A stretch of 61,944 nucleotides of DNA, filler included. It is 16 parts of 16 records of this genome, joined end to end, with 100 filler letters (N's around TTAATTAATTAA, not from the genome) between each part and the next. Parts side by side here need not be neighbours in the genome. Positions count along the whole stretch, not along the records: positions 1 to 4,357 come from SRR7504441_134125; positions 4,458 to 8,933 come from SRR7504441_134190; positions 9,034 to 12,072 come from SRR7504441_134236; 13 more parts are not named here. One strand, 5' to 3'. Every line of letters starts with the position of its first letter. Positions within the stretch are counted from its first letter, which is position 1. Positions 1 to 10,931 of this stretch are shown here, one piece after another. The notes below the pieces were generated by a model that was not told the DNA's origin, ran no database searches, and saw only the letters and a program-made list of their open reading frames with translations. Position numbers and translations under genes: made by a program.

Positions 1-130
1 CAAAAATTAAAGTCTAAGTTTATTCAAGTGCCAAGAGCTCCAAGAATCGTCCGCGCCCGCAAAGTGCCAAGACCTCCAACGGTCTCTAGACATCTCGCGA
101 GGCAGTTGAACAGGGCAGCGGGTGTTCCCG

Positions 131-3100
131 ATGAGCTACACCAAGGCTCGGCTCGCGGTACGGTCTCCCACACCTTGAGCCCTGACTCGTGCCACAGGTT
201 CGCACCTTCTCGTTGACTCAGGACAGCCAGGATCCGCGGGACCCACGTGACCTCTGGGGGCTGGAGCGCTCTCACGGGTCGGGCAGAATTCTGGAGCCAT
301 GCGGGCCGTGATCAGTTCACGTTGCGGCGGACTGTCAACGATTGGCGGTACTACTCTACCAGTGGCAAGATCTGGGGATGTGCGTGCGCTCGGTGGATGG
401 TGCTGAGTGTCGCGGGGCAGATTTTATCATGGGGTGTAACCTGGCGACGGCGGTGTTGTTCGTGCTGCTGCAGTACTCGTCCAAGATCGTCTCAGTCGAG
501 CATCCGTTCGACGTGCAAGTTACCGAAGACCACGACCTCTCGGACGAGAATATAATCACAGCCATGTACGCCATCTCATGGGTAGGCCCCCGCTCGCCGG
601 GCGGTCAGTGGTCGGGTCAGCTGTTCCTGATCGACCTTCTCGTGCGGTTGCTGTGCGCGCTTGACAAGTACCTGCGGGAACTGGCCACACAGTCTGACTG
701 GTCTGGCGCAGAGTCACCTTCTTTGTCCATTTGCGCGACAACATCGGATTCTTCCGCTATGTGCCGTTTCCGTCCATTAATGCCTTCGACCTCACCGCCA
801 TTTGCACCACTCAAGTGGCCTTCTTTTTTAGGAACAATGACGACATGGGTGCACGGTGCGCCAGGAGCACAGCTGGAGCCATAGGGCTGGGTGCGCAGGT
901 ATGACCTGAGTGTGTTCTCCACTGTGAGGATCCTGTACGTGTGTGAAGCCATCACACTCTTCCAGTGAGCCCGTTGGGCTCAGGTCACAGACTGAAGGTG
1001 CATCTCAGGTCACTGGGCTATAAAAAGGCGCGCTTCGCGTCAATCGTGCCCAAGGTACAGCGAGTGGTGCTGGACACAACGCTCACGGCACTCGCGATCG
1101 TTTTCATCGGGGCGGCAATTTTCATGCACATAGAAAACTGGTCTGGTGCCCGCGATCCCAAACTCACATACTTTGACTCGGTCTACTTCATCGTGGTGAC
1201 CATGACAACTGGTGTGCCGGCCGCTCAACCGAGCTGACTCGGGCTGCAGTTGGATATGGTGACTATTCGCCCTCGGACAACTACGCATATGCATTTGTGA
1301 TCTTTCTGATGCTTTATTTGGTTGTGGTCTTATTCCCGAAGGTGCTACCTACAAAGGCGGCCACCAACTGGCCGAACAGATCACCGTGCTGGCCGATGAC
1401 ATTGGGAAGCTCACACCGTACAATTCCAAGCCGGCTGTCTATTCTGAACAACCAGTGATTTTATGGCAGAATGGTGGCCACCCTTCGTTGGACAAGGTAG
1501 CAGCTGGTGTCACGTGCGCGACCGATTGCTGGGTACCAGATCACCAAGATAGCCAAGGAGCTGTTTCATCCAGACACCCATCAGAAGATAGCGCTCTGCG
1601 TTGGTCAGTATGCCTTGTGACCACGCAGTAGTATCTTCTAGGCAGGAGGGGCGGGTGGCCAGAAGCTGCTACTGGCAAAGTAGCACCTTTGGGCCGCTCG
1701 CACCTCCTGTCACTTTCTAACTCGACTTAAATTTAACAATAGCTAACCCGACCTGTGACAGTGAGCGACATGCCGCCTGCACCTGAGTTGGAGACTTACC
1801 TCCAGACCCCACGCATTGGCAATATCTGTTATATCCAAGGCTCGCTGAATGACCCTATGGTCTGCGATCGAGCTGGTGTGCAGTATGCCAAGGTCCCAAG
1901 CCCACCATGATATACACCAAAATGAGATTTGTCTCACAGGCGGTCATTCTGCTGCCAAATCCAAATGCGACTTCCGCACTGGTGGATGACGAAGCGTTGT
2001 GCATTGTGGCGACTCATGTGCGCCGGTTTACAGATGACGCTTGCCTAGCGACAGGGATGACAGCAGATCCTGTTCGGATTGTTCTCGTGCTCAACCAACA
2101 GCATCATGCTGTCTTTTTCGAGAAAAACATGTACGGCGCTGTGCCAAAGGCCTTCGAGGACGAGTGTGAAGTGCTGTCACTTCAGGAGATCGGGCTGCAG
2201 GCTCTGGCGAAGGGGCTGCTCATCCCAGGATTCGGCTGTTTCATTGCAAACCTCACTGCCCATGTGGATGGTCTCAGTAAGAGGACACTTGACCAAGCAT
2301 TCGCCCACGCCAGTGATGACTGGATGAAGGAGTACTTCACTGGGTATGCCAACGAGCTGTACAAGATGCCATTTGAGGCACTTGCTGCCAGAAACCCGCT
2401 GCTGGACCAGATGCCTTTTGAGCACCTGGCTGCATATGTCTATTCTGAGACTAACTGCCTCCTGTTGAGATATGGCAATGAACATGGAGGCACTACCTAT
2501 GAGATTCTGACAGACTCACTTCCGCGTGCAATAGAGGTGTGTCAGCGCGTGGGAGCAATCACACAGGAAGAGCTTCGCGATAAAGACATTTTCAGCGAGG
2601 CTAGAGATTTGCTAAAACAAGCAGGGACCACAAAGGCGAGTCTGATTAAGCAGCTCGATCACGACCGCGACGACGCCAATGCGGTGATTGAAGAAATGGA
2701 ACGCGATCTGTTCCTTCGACTCACTTTCAAAGCGACAGGATTTGAAGCAGCTTATGGAGGTAGTTTGAGAGAGTTTGCTTCTCGGCACCACGTGATAAAC
2801 CCCAACAAGCGACCCGACAAAGGTGGGCCCGATGGACTACTGCAGGAGATTGGCTCTGAGGCGTTGGAATCTCTTGATGGGCATACTATACTGATCGGAG
2901 GCCAAATGTTGCAGGTGAATCTGATAGCCTAGCTTGTCGTTGTGATGGCTAGCTGTACTCATTGTCAGTTGCGCACAGATACCACACTTCGTTCGCGTTC
3001 TCCGCACGTTTGATATGCGCAAAGACAGGATGACCTCAATCGTCATCGTCTCAAAGGAGGATCCGCATCCAGACGTCGTGATGATACTGAAGATGTTTAT

Positions 3101-4063
3101 CAACGTTTATGTGGTTGTCCTTCCTGAAGATGACAACAACAATTTGAGCCTCAGGACGCTCAAGGCAATTCAAATACACAAGGCTAGCGCTGCAGTCTTC
3201 GCCGCGTCTCATGGTGATGATGTAACTGAGACTGGTGTCAAGGATTTCCATCAGCTCTGCATTCGGATGGTAGCCAAGCATTAACTTTGCCAGTCATGTG
3301 TTAAATTGCGTCTGAGGTGTGCCTGTGTGGCAGATGGTTCGTTCGCTGAATTCCGAGTGTAAGACAATTGTGGAGGTGGACGATTATTCTCAGGTGCGCT
3401 ACTTCGTCATTGGAAGCCCTGAATCAAATGCTTGGAGTGACACGTCCAAAATCCAAGAAAGTTTTCACACAAATGTAGCCAAGCAATGGATTCGTCGAAT
3501 GAAGAATGTGAATCGGGCTGCGTGTCTGGCGAGTGGGTGGGTGGTCGAGTCGGTGAGATTGCTCCACGTAACTAACCTGTTGATGACAACGCTGCGTGTA
3601 GGATATGCTGCTCCCTCTCATCACTGCTGGCGTACACAAGAGTCGCAGCGGAGTGTTGCTGAAGGCTATGCTAGGCGGCAGCCAATTCGATTTTGCACTC
3701 AACTGTATTGATCTGCCAGCCGAGTATGTGGGCCGGACCTACAAGGAGCTGCTGCTCAGCATGTGCTACGTGAAGCACATTCCGCTTGCGCTTTACAGAC
3801 AGTCGATTACTGATCATCAAATGTTTGTATACACCAACCCTTTGCCAGATACCGTGCTCCGCGCAGATGACAAGGTGTATTTAACCACTTACCTCAAGGA
3901 AGTCGAATCGGAAGATGCAGGAGGAAGCGATGGTCTGTTGACCTCACAAGCATTCCACATTGCGCTGCAAGCGGGTGCAATTCCTCCAAATGAAATGTAC
4001 AGTCCGCATTCCTCCAAGAATGCGACAGCGGCGCCAATCGACGATGTTTCCGACCAGATGTAA
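131..4063 (+). CDS. Slo/BK-family (RCK-domain) potassium channel, about 15 introns
   Basis: Splicing GT-AG introns restores the pore YFDSVYFIVVTMTT-VGYGDYSP (intron 1212-1249 splits TVGYGD), RCK1 (CYIQGSLNDPMVCDRAGVQYAKAVILLPN; WMKEYFTGYANELY) and RCK2 (YVGRTYKELL..PLALYR..VYTNPLPDTVLRADDKVY). Confidence 0.88.
1641..1711 (+). other. Intronic 33-bp RNA hairpin (pre-miRNA-like geometry) in intron 1604-1761
   Basis: Position i pairs with 3352-i: 26 Watson-Crick pairs, 4 G-U pairs, 3 single mismatches, no bulges, loop GGCAA. Confidence 0.8.
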
Positions 4064-4357
4064 ACTCTGCGGTCGCATTGGCACAGCTGTTGACCCTTGT
4101 GGTGTCCTTGTGTGGTCAAATGAGAGTCGCTGGAATGAATGGAACCTCACTGTGTAGAGCAAACACATATATAGAATGATTAGATATAAGTACAAGTAGC
4201 ATACTTACCAAGATTTCGTGCTCAGTCTACATGTACAGTAGCTTGGCTAGAGCGAGCTCGTCACGTCGTAATTCGTAGAAGTAGTAGATCAAGTTCGAAC
4301 GAAATAGATGCAAAGGAGTAAGTTATTGTATAGGTTATGTGAGCCCTAGGGCCCCGA

Positions 4358-4457
4358 NNNNNNNNNNNNNNNNNNNNNNNNNNNNNNNNNNNNNNNNNNN
4401 NTTAATTAATTAANNNNNNNNNNNNNNNNNNNNNNNNNNNNNNNNNNNNNNNNNNNN
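4358..4457. other. Artificial contig spacer N44-TTAATTAATTAA-N44 (also 8934-9033, 12073-12172, 17071-17170, 21136-21235, 26311-26410, 29666-29765, 33348-33447, 36794-36893, 40488-40587, 43747-43846, 47426-47525, 50586-50685, 54713-54812, 58009-58108)
   Basis: The identical 100-nt N-padded six-frame stop linker occurs 15 times, and genes are truncated at it. Confidence 0.98.
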
Positions 4458-5780
4458 CACATGGTTCAGTGTGCCTAGCCCTACCTGTCCTGTGAGCGAC
4501 ATAGCTGATGCAACCAGATGTTTATGCACATTAGACTTCCATTCAAGAACGTGAATCCAAAGTTCATCCTGCTGCCACCTTGCAAGCGACCTCTTCATCA
4601 TCAATGTTGACGACTGCTGCCGCATTTGACTGTGCGTCTCCACTCCCAAAGTGGCTGCTTTGTCTCTCTGCTGCGCTGCCCAAAGGTCTCTCCTTAGCTG
4701 GTGTCTGTCAGCCTCTCCCTGCGGCGCCCGATCAGCCTGCCAGGCACTAGCGAGCCCTCCACCTCGGCATATGCCACTTTCAACTCCTCCAGCTTGTCGT
4801 TCTGACAGTTTAGATGGATTCGGTAAAAGGCCTTCATTACCATCGCCTCACGCCCGAGCTCAACGCGGCTGTTCAGCAGACTCATACAACCGTCACACGG
4901 ACACAACTCACCGCTTCTGGACGCCGTTGAGCACCAGCACAGCGCTGCGGACCAACTGGACCTGCCCTCGCGGCTCAGCCGGGCCTGTTCCCAGCGGTGG
5001 GGCACCCTCCGTCTCCAGGCAGCTACAGCCACCCAGCTGCCGCCCGGTGGCACTCAGTTGGCACCGCCGGCAGGGCTGGCACCGTTGGCCCTTTTGCCAC
5101 TCCATCAAGATAGCGTGCACCATCCGGAGCCCGGCCCGATGCTCCGACTGGCCCTGCCCGCCGCTCTGCCAGGCCCACCACTCGAGCCACCAGGGCCTCA
5201 GCAGACACGGCAGCGTGCGAGCCGTATGCAATTCCGAATTCGGCGACCAACTGCCCCGCCGATCGCACGGGCTGCGGCCACGCGGGGGGTGCACCAGGTC
5301 TTGATTCCCGCCGGCCCGCCAGCGGGCAAGCAGCTCGCTGAACTGACGGACACGCCAACGGACTAGCATCTGGACTGTGATCTCGAGGCCCTGACCCCCC
5401 GGCTCGGCCTGGCCGGAGGGAGCGCGCACCAGCCGAGTGTTGGCCCGGTTGAGGAGCGACTGGTAGAAATGGTTGCAGAAGTTGAGTTTCCACGCGCTGA
5501 GACCGCCCGGATCGCCAGGTGCCGGGCCGAGCGCCTGAGTGGACAAGTCCTGGAGGTCCAACCCAGCCTGCTGGGCCATACGCTCCGCTTGCTGAGCCGT
5601 CGGCTGGTTGCGTTGACCCCTCCGCTCCGCTTGCTGAGCCGTCCGCTGGTTGTGTTGCTGAGCCACCCGCTCGCTCTGCTGAGGCGTCCGCTGTTTGGAG
5701 GCCGACGCTCGGCTAGCACGCAGGGCCCGGGCCGCGGCGTACTGCTGGGCTGCCAGTGGCAGCTCGCTCTCTTCATACAT
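4458..5780 (-). CDS. Hypothetical protein with QQAER-type repeats, 3'-truncated, spliced; divergent from CFAP69
   Basis: Long open frame from ATG 5780 (MYEESELPLAAQQ), with a further probable exon near 4720-4860; no family recognised. Confidence 0.5.
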
Positions 5781-5928
5781 GGCAAACGCGACGATCCCTC
5801 GAACCCATGCTGGTTGGCTCACTGCGGTGTGATCTGATATCCATGGACACAACTGTGAAGCTTCACAGACAAACGGCCAAACTCGCCCACAAATAGCTCC
5901 AAATAGCCGGCGCCGCGGCGCCGCGACC

Positions 5929-8685
5929 ATGGCGCGAATGTCGGGCTCGCTCAGCCCGAATTTGGACCCACAGATGTACGACACGGCGCTGGCCCGGCGG
6001 GACATGATGCGAACCCGGGACATGGACCCAATGATGACCGTGGGCGCCGGGGCGATGCCGCCTGACTCGCCCGGGTCGCCCGGGTCGTTGATCGACGACT
6101 ATATGACCGAGACTAGCGTGCAGCCAGCCGCAGGTAAGGCGATCAACCTCGATCACCTGCAGGGGCTATTCGAGGGGCACCGAGCTTTCGCGCCGGAGAT
6201 GCGCGAGCGGCAGGCCAAATGCATGTGGCGGATCTGCAAGCACTACTGCGAGGGACTGCTCATCCGAGACCTGCCGTGCATCACCAGCGTGCTCACGGTG
6301 GCCAAGGCCAACGTTGAGTCAGGGCTACAAGAGTTCCAGCCTCCGTTGGTCGGCGTGCTCAAACTGCTCGGTCTGCCGCTCATCAAGCTCGCATCCTCCG
6401 ACGATCTGAGGAGCATACACAACTTGTGCGAGGTGGTGTGCGCGATGGGGCAATGCACCGAGTGCTCGGACCACGAGGTGGTGGATCAGGCCGCCAAGAG
6501 CTTGGTTGCATTCGCCGGACTCACGAGGATTCACACGTTGGGTGAGGAGGCCAGCGAGACTTTCCTGCAGACTTCGTTCACCCAACGGATTATAGAGCGG
6601 AGCCAGGTGATACCGATTGTCGTGGCAATTCTGCGGGACAATCTAGAGTACCCCGAGAACTCGGCAGCGATTGTTGAGGTCTTGTGTAAATTCTCAGAAT
6701 TCAGCTCCAACTCGAGGCAAATGATTGCTGCAGGGGCATCGGAACTGTTAGTTACGGTACTTACCGAAGACTTTTCACTCCCATCGGTCCGAACTGCGCT
6801 CGAGGTGCTGTGGAACTGTCTGCAGAACGAAGCGAGTGCAAAGGAGGTTCTGGGGACCTGGCACACTGTCAATACACTCAAGGAGTTGCTCGAGAGAATC
6901 CTGGTGCACGGATGCTCAAACCAGCACAAAGAGACGAGGAACGAAGTGCTTGTGCTCTTAAACTTAATCATCCGAAATCCTGAGGCCTTGCCACACTTCT
7001 TGGAGACTGGAGTGATCGAGTTGTTGCTTCACCTAGGCACATCACACGAGCTTGGCTGGGGCGACTCTTTTGTGGCACCATTTTTCCAGCTTACTACTGA
7101 TATTGATTTTGAGTTCAAACAACTGGTATTTGGGGTCATTGGACAACTGTCCGGCGCACCTGAGGCACTCAAGCTGATAATCGAAGCCGATGCAATGCTG
7201 GCGCTTGTGCAGCACCTAGACCCAAACTACACCCAAGTGTCAGTCTGGACCTCAGTACAGGAGCAGCAGCTTCAGCTGCAAGTGCTCCGGATCCTTTTTT
7301 CGATGGCTCCAAAGGCGCTCACAGAGTTTGACAAAGCAGGCGGGTTCACGGTTGTGCTCGATATGCTCTCAGAAGGGAATAACGAGGATGCCACCGAGCA
7401 GCAGGAGGAGAGGGTGCCTCAGGTGCTGTCGCTGGTGATGAGTTTGGCAGCCGAGCAAGGCTTCAAAGAGTCGATGGGCAAGTGTGGTTTCATTTTGCCT
7501 CTGTTGGAAGTGGTCAAGAGTGGCACCGCCTCCCATGCTGGCACTCTCAGGCGGCAGGATGCACTCACAGCCCTGTCGTTACTTTGTGAAGATTGCCCTC
7601 CCAATCAGAGGCTACTTCGAAAGGTGGGTGGGATTGCAGTGATCGCTCCATTGTTGCAGTACAATGCTCGTGATCCCAACAAGCAGGAAAAAGTTGTCAT
7701 GTCAGCAGTAGATTGTGTTTGGAATTCAGTGGTGGGAAATCCAAGGAACGAAGCTACCTTCTTTGGGGAGCGAGGAATGGAGCAGCTGATGGCTCTCACT
7801 GAAGGCTGTCCTCTCTCTATCAGAGCCCAGGTCCTTGGAACAATTGCAGACCTGATGCTCAATCCCAAGGCGCTCTCATTTATGTATGAGTGGAGGTCGG
7901 AGAGCTCGGGGAGGAACATTTTGCAGGTGCTGATTGAGTGCTGGCGCGAAGAGGAATTGCGGCTGGGGCACACTTGCCCCGACGGTGTAGTTACTGACAT
8001 CATGCGACCTTTGCTTGGGGTTGAGCCCAAAGGAGGTCGCCCAGTCGGCAAGAAGGAGAAGCAGGGTGCTGCACAACGCCCAGTGGAAGTGGTGCCCGAG
8101 GAAAAACCAGCAGATCTTAGTCGCACATTGCCTCCTCCTACTGTGTCAGAGGAGGACCTGCGAGCAAATCCGGTGCCTGTTACTGCAAAACAAGTCAAAG
8201 GGGCGCTTATGGGGGCTGAGGATCCAAGCATGATTGCTGGGCAAAACGACCCGTTGTTTATCCAAATTGCTACATCTGATTCCAAGGCAAAGCTTTTTTG
8301 TATCTTAAGGAGACTGGATGTCTCAAAGTTGGAAGATCCGACCCCGGAAGAGCAGGTGAAGCTTGCATTAATCAATTCATACCAAGCATTCAAGGAGTCT
8401 GAGGTTTGGCATGATATTGAAAGGGAGCTTGATGCCGAGGGTGTGCGACCAGTCACGCCGGATGCAACATTTCTGACTGCCAAGGTGGAGGAATCCGAAA
8501 TTAAAGCGCTTGAAGTGCAAAGTGTACAGCAAGCGCTGGTCAAAGATGTAGAAGAGGTTCGGCGAGTTGATCACGAGTGTTTCCTGGAGACAGTGGCAGA
8601 GAGCATGAACAAAGACATTGCACAGTCGATTAAAAAAGGTCGTGCAATGCTGGCTTTGAAGAAGGGGAGAAGCAGCAAAAAGTGA
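5929..8685 (+). CDS. CFAP69: Cilia- and flagella-associated protein 69 (ARM-repeat), essentially intronless, 918 aa
   Basis: Motifs GLLIRDL..KLLGLPLIKLASSD, AVDCVWNSVVGNPRNEATF and EVWHDIERELDAEGVRPVTPD match recalled CFAP69; length fits. Confidence 0.85.
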   Translation: MARMSGSLSPNLDPQMYDTALARRDMMRTRDMDPMMTVGAGAMPPDSPGSPGSLIDDYMTETSVQPAAGKAINLDHLQGLFEGHRAFAPEMRERQAKCMWRICKHYCEGLLIRDLPCITSVLTVAKANVESGLQEFQPPLVGVLKLLGLPLIKLASSDDLRSIHNLCEVVCAMGQCTECSDHEVVDQAAKSLVAFAGLTRIHTLGEEASETFLQTSFTQRIIERSQVIPIVVAILRDNLEYPENSAAIVEVLCKFSEFSSNSRQMIAAGASELLVTVLTEDFSLPSVRTALEVLWNCLQNEASAKEVLGTWHTVNTLKELLERILVHGCSNQHKETRNEVLVLLNLIIRNPEALPHFLETGVIELLLHLGTSHELGWGDSFVAPFFQLTTDIDFEFKQLVFGVIGQLSGAPEALKLIIEADAMLALVQHLDPNYTQVSVWTSVQEQQLQLQVLRILFSMAPKALTEFDKAGGFTVVLDMLSEGNNEDATEQQEERVPQVLSLVMSLAAEQGFKESMGKCGFILPLLEVVKSGTASHAGTLRRQDALTALSLLCEDCPPNQRLLRKVGGIAVIAPLLQYNARDPNKQEKVVMSAVDCVWNSVVGNPRNEATFFGERGMEQLMALTEGCPLSIRAQVLGTIADLMLNPKALSFMYEWRSESSGRNILQVLIECWREEELRLGHTCPDGVVTDIMRPLLGVEPKGGRPVGKKEKQGAAQRPVEVVPEEKPADLSRTLPPPTVSEEDLRANPVPVTAKQVKGALMGAEDPSMIAGQNDPLFIQIATSDSKAKLFCILRRLDVSKLEDPTPEEQVKLALINSYQAFKESEVWHDIERELDAEGVRPVTPDATFLTAKVEESEIKALEVQSVQQALVKDVEEVRRVDHECFLETVAESMNKDIAQSIKKGRAMLALKKGRSSKK

Positions 8686-9033
8686 GCTGGACGTCTCATT
8701 GATTGCCATCGAGCAGCTGAATCATTAGGAGGGCTCAAAGCTGTGGAACTGCTTGCCTCGCATGGTAACACGTGTTCATTTAGGTGAGGACTCGTGGGAT
8801 GCTTGCTACGCAGCTTGGAGATAACCCTTTGAGACCGATTGGAGCTGTATGAAGGGTTGTCTGGATCAGATTGTTGCTGATCTGAAAGAACTACTCGTTG
8901 GTATTTGCATCGCCAGCGGACTCTCCGTCTTCTNNNNNNNNNNNNNNNNNNNNNNNNNNNNNNNNNNNNNNNNNNNNTTAATTAATTAANNNNNNNNNNN
9001 NNNNNNNNNNNNNNNNNNNNNNNNNNNNNNNNN

Positions 9034-10415
9034 GCATCATGGAACACGTGGAGAGCGACAGCTGCTGAGCAGAGGCGTTTGATGCAATGGGCTGCTCGGG
9101 CTCTTAGGCAACAGTCCATCAAAAGAGGGCTGAATTCTTGGCGGGATTGGTATAAGCTTGACTCCAAAGCTCGCTGGGCAGCCACGCTCTGGCTAACTAG
9201 GCATCGCACCCAATACTGGTGGCGCTGGAGGTTCACCACCCGGCTAATGGTGTGTGCTCTCGGGCACTGGTTAAATATCGCGCTCTCAAGGAGCTGGTGC
9301 AGCTGGCTTCACGAGGTAAGTGCCATCGAGCGGCAACGCCAGCTTGGCAGGCGAGCTGTGCGCTGCTGGCGGAAGATAGCGCTGGCCCGGGCGACGCGCC
9401 GCTGGATCGAATCGCACTTGGACGACCAGCTTGCGAGGCGGCTCGCGACCAAGGCAATCCTATCGTGGAGCAAGGCTAAGCTTGGAGCAAGCTGGCGGCG
9501 CTGGCGTGAGGTAGCCTGGTACACCTTTGGCAGGGCTGACTGTAAATGCAGGTATATCTGTGCACGCGGGGCCAGCGGGCAGAGAGAGGGCTTGAGAAGC
9601 TCCAAATTCAGATGGCAAACGCATCTCGTCTGCTTGCTGCGCAGATGCTTGCACTACAGGCCAAGAAGAGCACCAGCGCAGCTGTGCTGCATGCTGTCCT
9701 CCGGTGGCGTAGCAACCGAGCTGAGGCGCTCGGGTTAGAGCTGGGGGCACACTGCAAGCAGCTGTTGGAGGCGATGGACAGCTCTCGGAACGCGGAGGCC
9801 GTGGCTGTGTCCAAGTTCCGGTCTCTTGAGAGCGAGAGGGAGCTGCTTCGGGTGCCGGGCCGACCGGGTAGGATGAGCGTGGGGCAGGTGCGGTTGTCAA
9901 TGGTCGAGGGCAACTTCATACAGCTGGACAAGACCGCCGCGTTCGGGGTGCACCACCACGCTATGTTCCACGACTTGATGCGCCAGCTGCCGGTGCTCGA
10001 GCTCAAGCTTGCCGAGGCCAAGCGGCAGCGCGAGTTTCTCGAAGGACAGATCACCCCAGTGCTGGCCCGGTGTAGAGAAGAGCTGCCGGATCTTGTGGAG
10101 CTGCGGCATCGTGGCGACCAGGCGCGGGCCACAGCAGCGCATGTGCACAACAAGTGCAACGCGCTTGAGGTGGAGCATAACGAGACGGTGGCCTCCGCCA
10201 ACCGGAGAGTGCAGGAGGTGGAAGTGGGGATGCACGATCTCCAGTTGCACTTGCAGCGGGCTGGGGAGAACAGTGGCACCAGCGCTGAGGTGCAAGTGTT
10301 GAAGGGCGAGGTGAAGAGGCTGGGCGAGATGCTGCAACAGATGGCCAAGGAGAATGCAGCTTTGAAATTGAACCGCTCAAACACTATGACACCGTACGAG
10401 TACCGGAAATCATGA
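9034..10415 (+). CDS. Sfi1-like Trp-repeat (centrin-binding) protein with coiled-coil C-terminus, 5'-truncated
   Basis: Periodic W repeats (LSRSWCSW, LARATRRW, LGASWRRW); intron 9511-9551 links to the coiled-coil ORF; probable in-frame intron 9852-9887. Confidence 0.6.
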
Positions 10416-10931
10416 GGAGGCAACTGTTTGTGACGTCCAATGTATCGAGTCAGGGTGTCAATAATTGCATCGAACAGAACATAATTACACACGTTTATAG
10501 TGCATTGATTAGAAAGTTGCTTCCTTTTATAACCCACCGGCTTCTCTTTTCCTGACGGTTTAGTGTTGTGTTCTTGTTGTATTCTTGCTATTCTTGCTGA
10601 GTTTTGTAACCATACAGTTACATGATTGTACTACTAGGAATCCTGAGGCAGCTGGCTAAAAATTATATGCACAACTGAACTAACACTAACTACGTACATA
10701 CACATACATGCATTTAAGCGAGTAGTAAGCGAGCAAACTCACACACACCTTCGCACTGAGCATACACACCTTCGTATAACCTTCGTACGTAGATCTCATT
10801 TTATCAATGACAGAAATGAGAATTATGACGTCGCGTACCTACGACGTCTTGGTCTGACTTAGGTCTGACTCGATTAAGGGTTTGAGAGAGACTCAATTAA
10901 ATTAAGTTAAGCAGTTTGAACACAGCGCATC

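Noticed and set aside
377-420. Possible GA-AG intron
   Set aside because: A GT donor at 380 gives the same frame (WGYFIMG) with a typical 41-nt intron.
4402-4413. Recurrent TTAATTAATTAA as a biological repeat, telomere or CRISPR repeat
   Set aside because: It is centred in N runs of fixed length, so it is an artificial linker. Only the copy at 19209-19220 lacks Ns and is probably native.
7605-8543. Long antisense ORFs (also 9608-10537, 58197-59135, 58697-59653, 42938-43420)
   Set aside because: These are shadows of GC-rich coding sequence on the opposite strand, with no motifs.
8686-8933. Protein-like frames downstream of CFAP69
   Set aside because: The plus frame has two stops and the open minus frame has no recognisable motif; too short to call.
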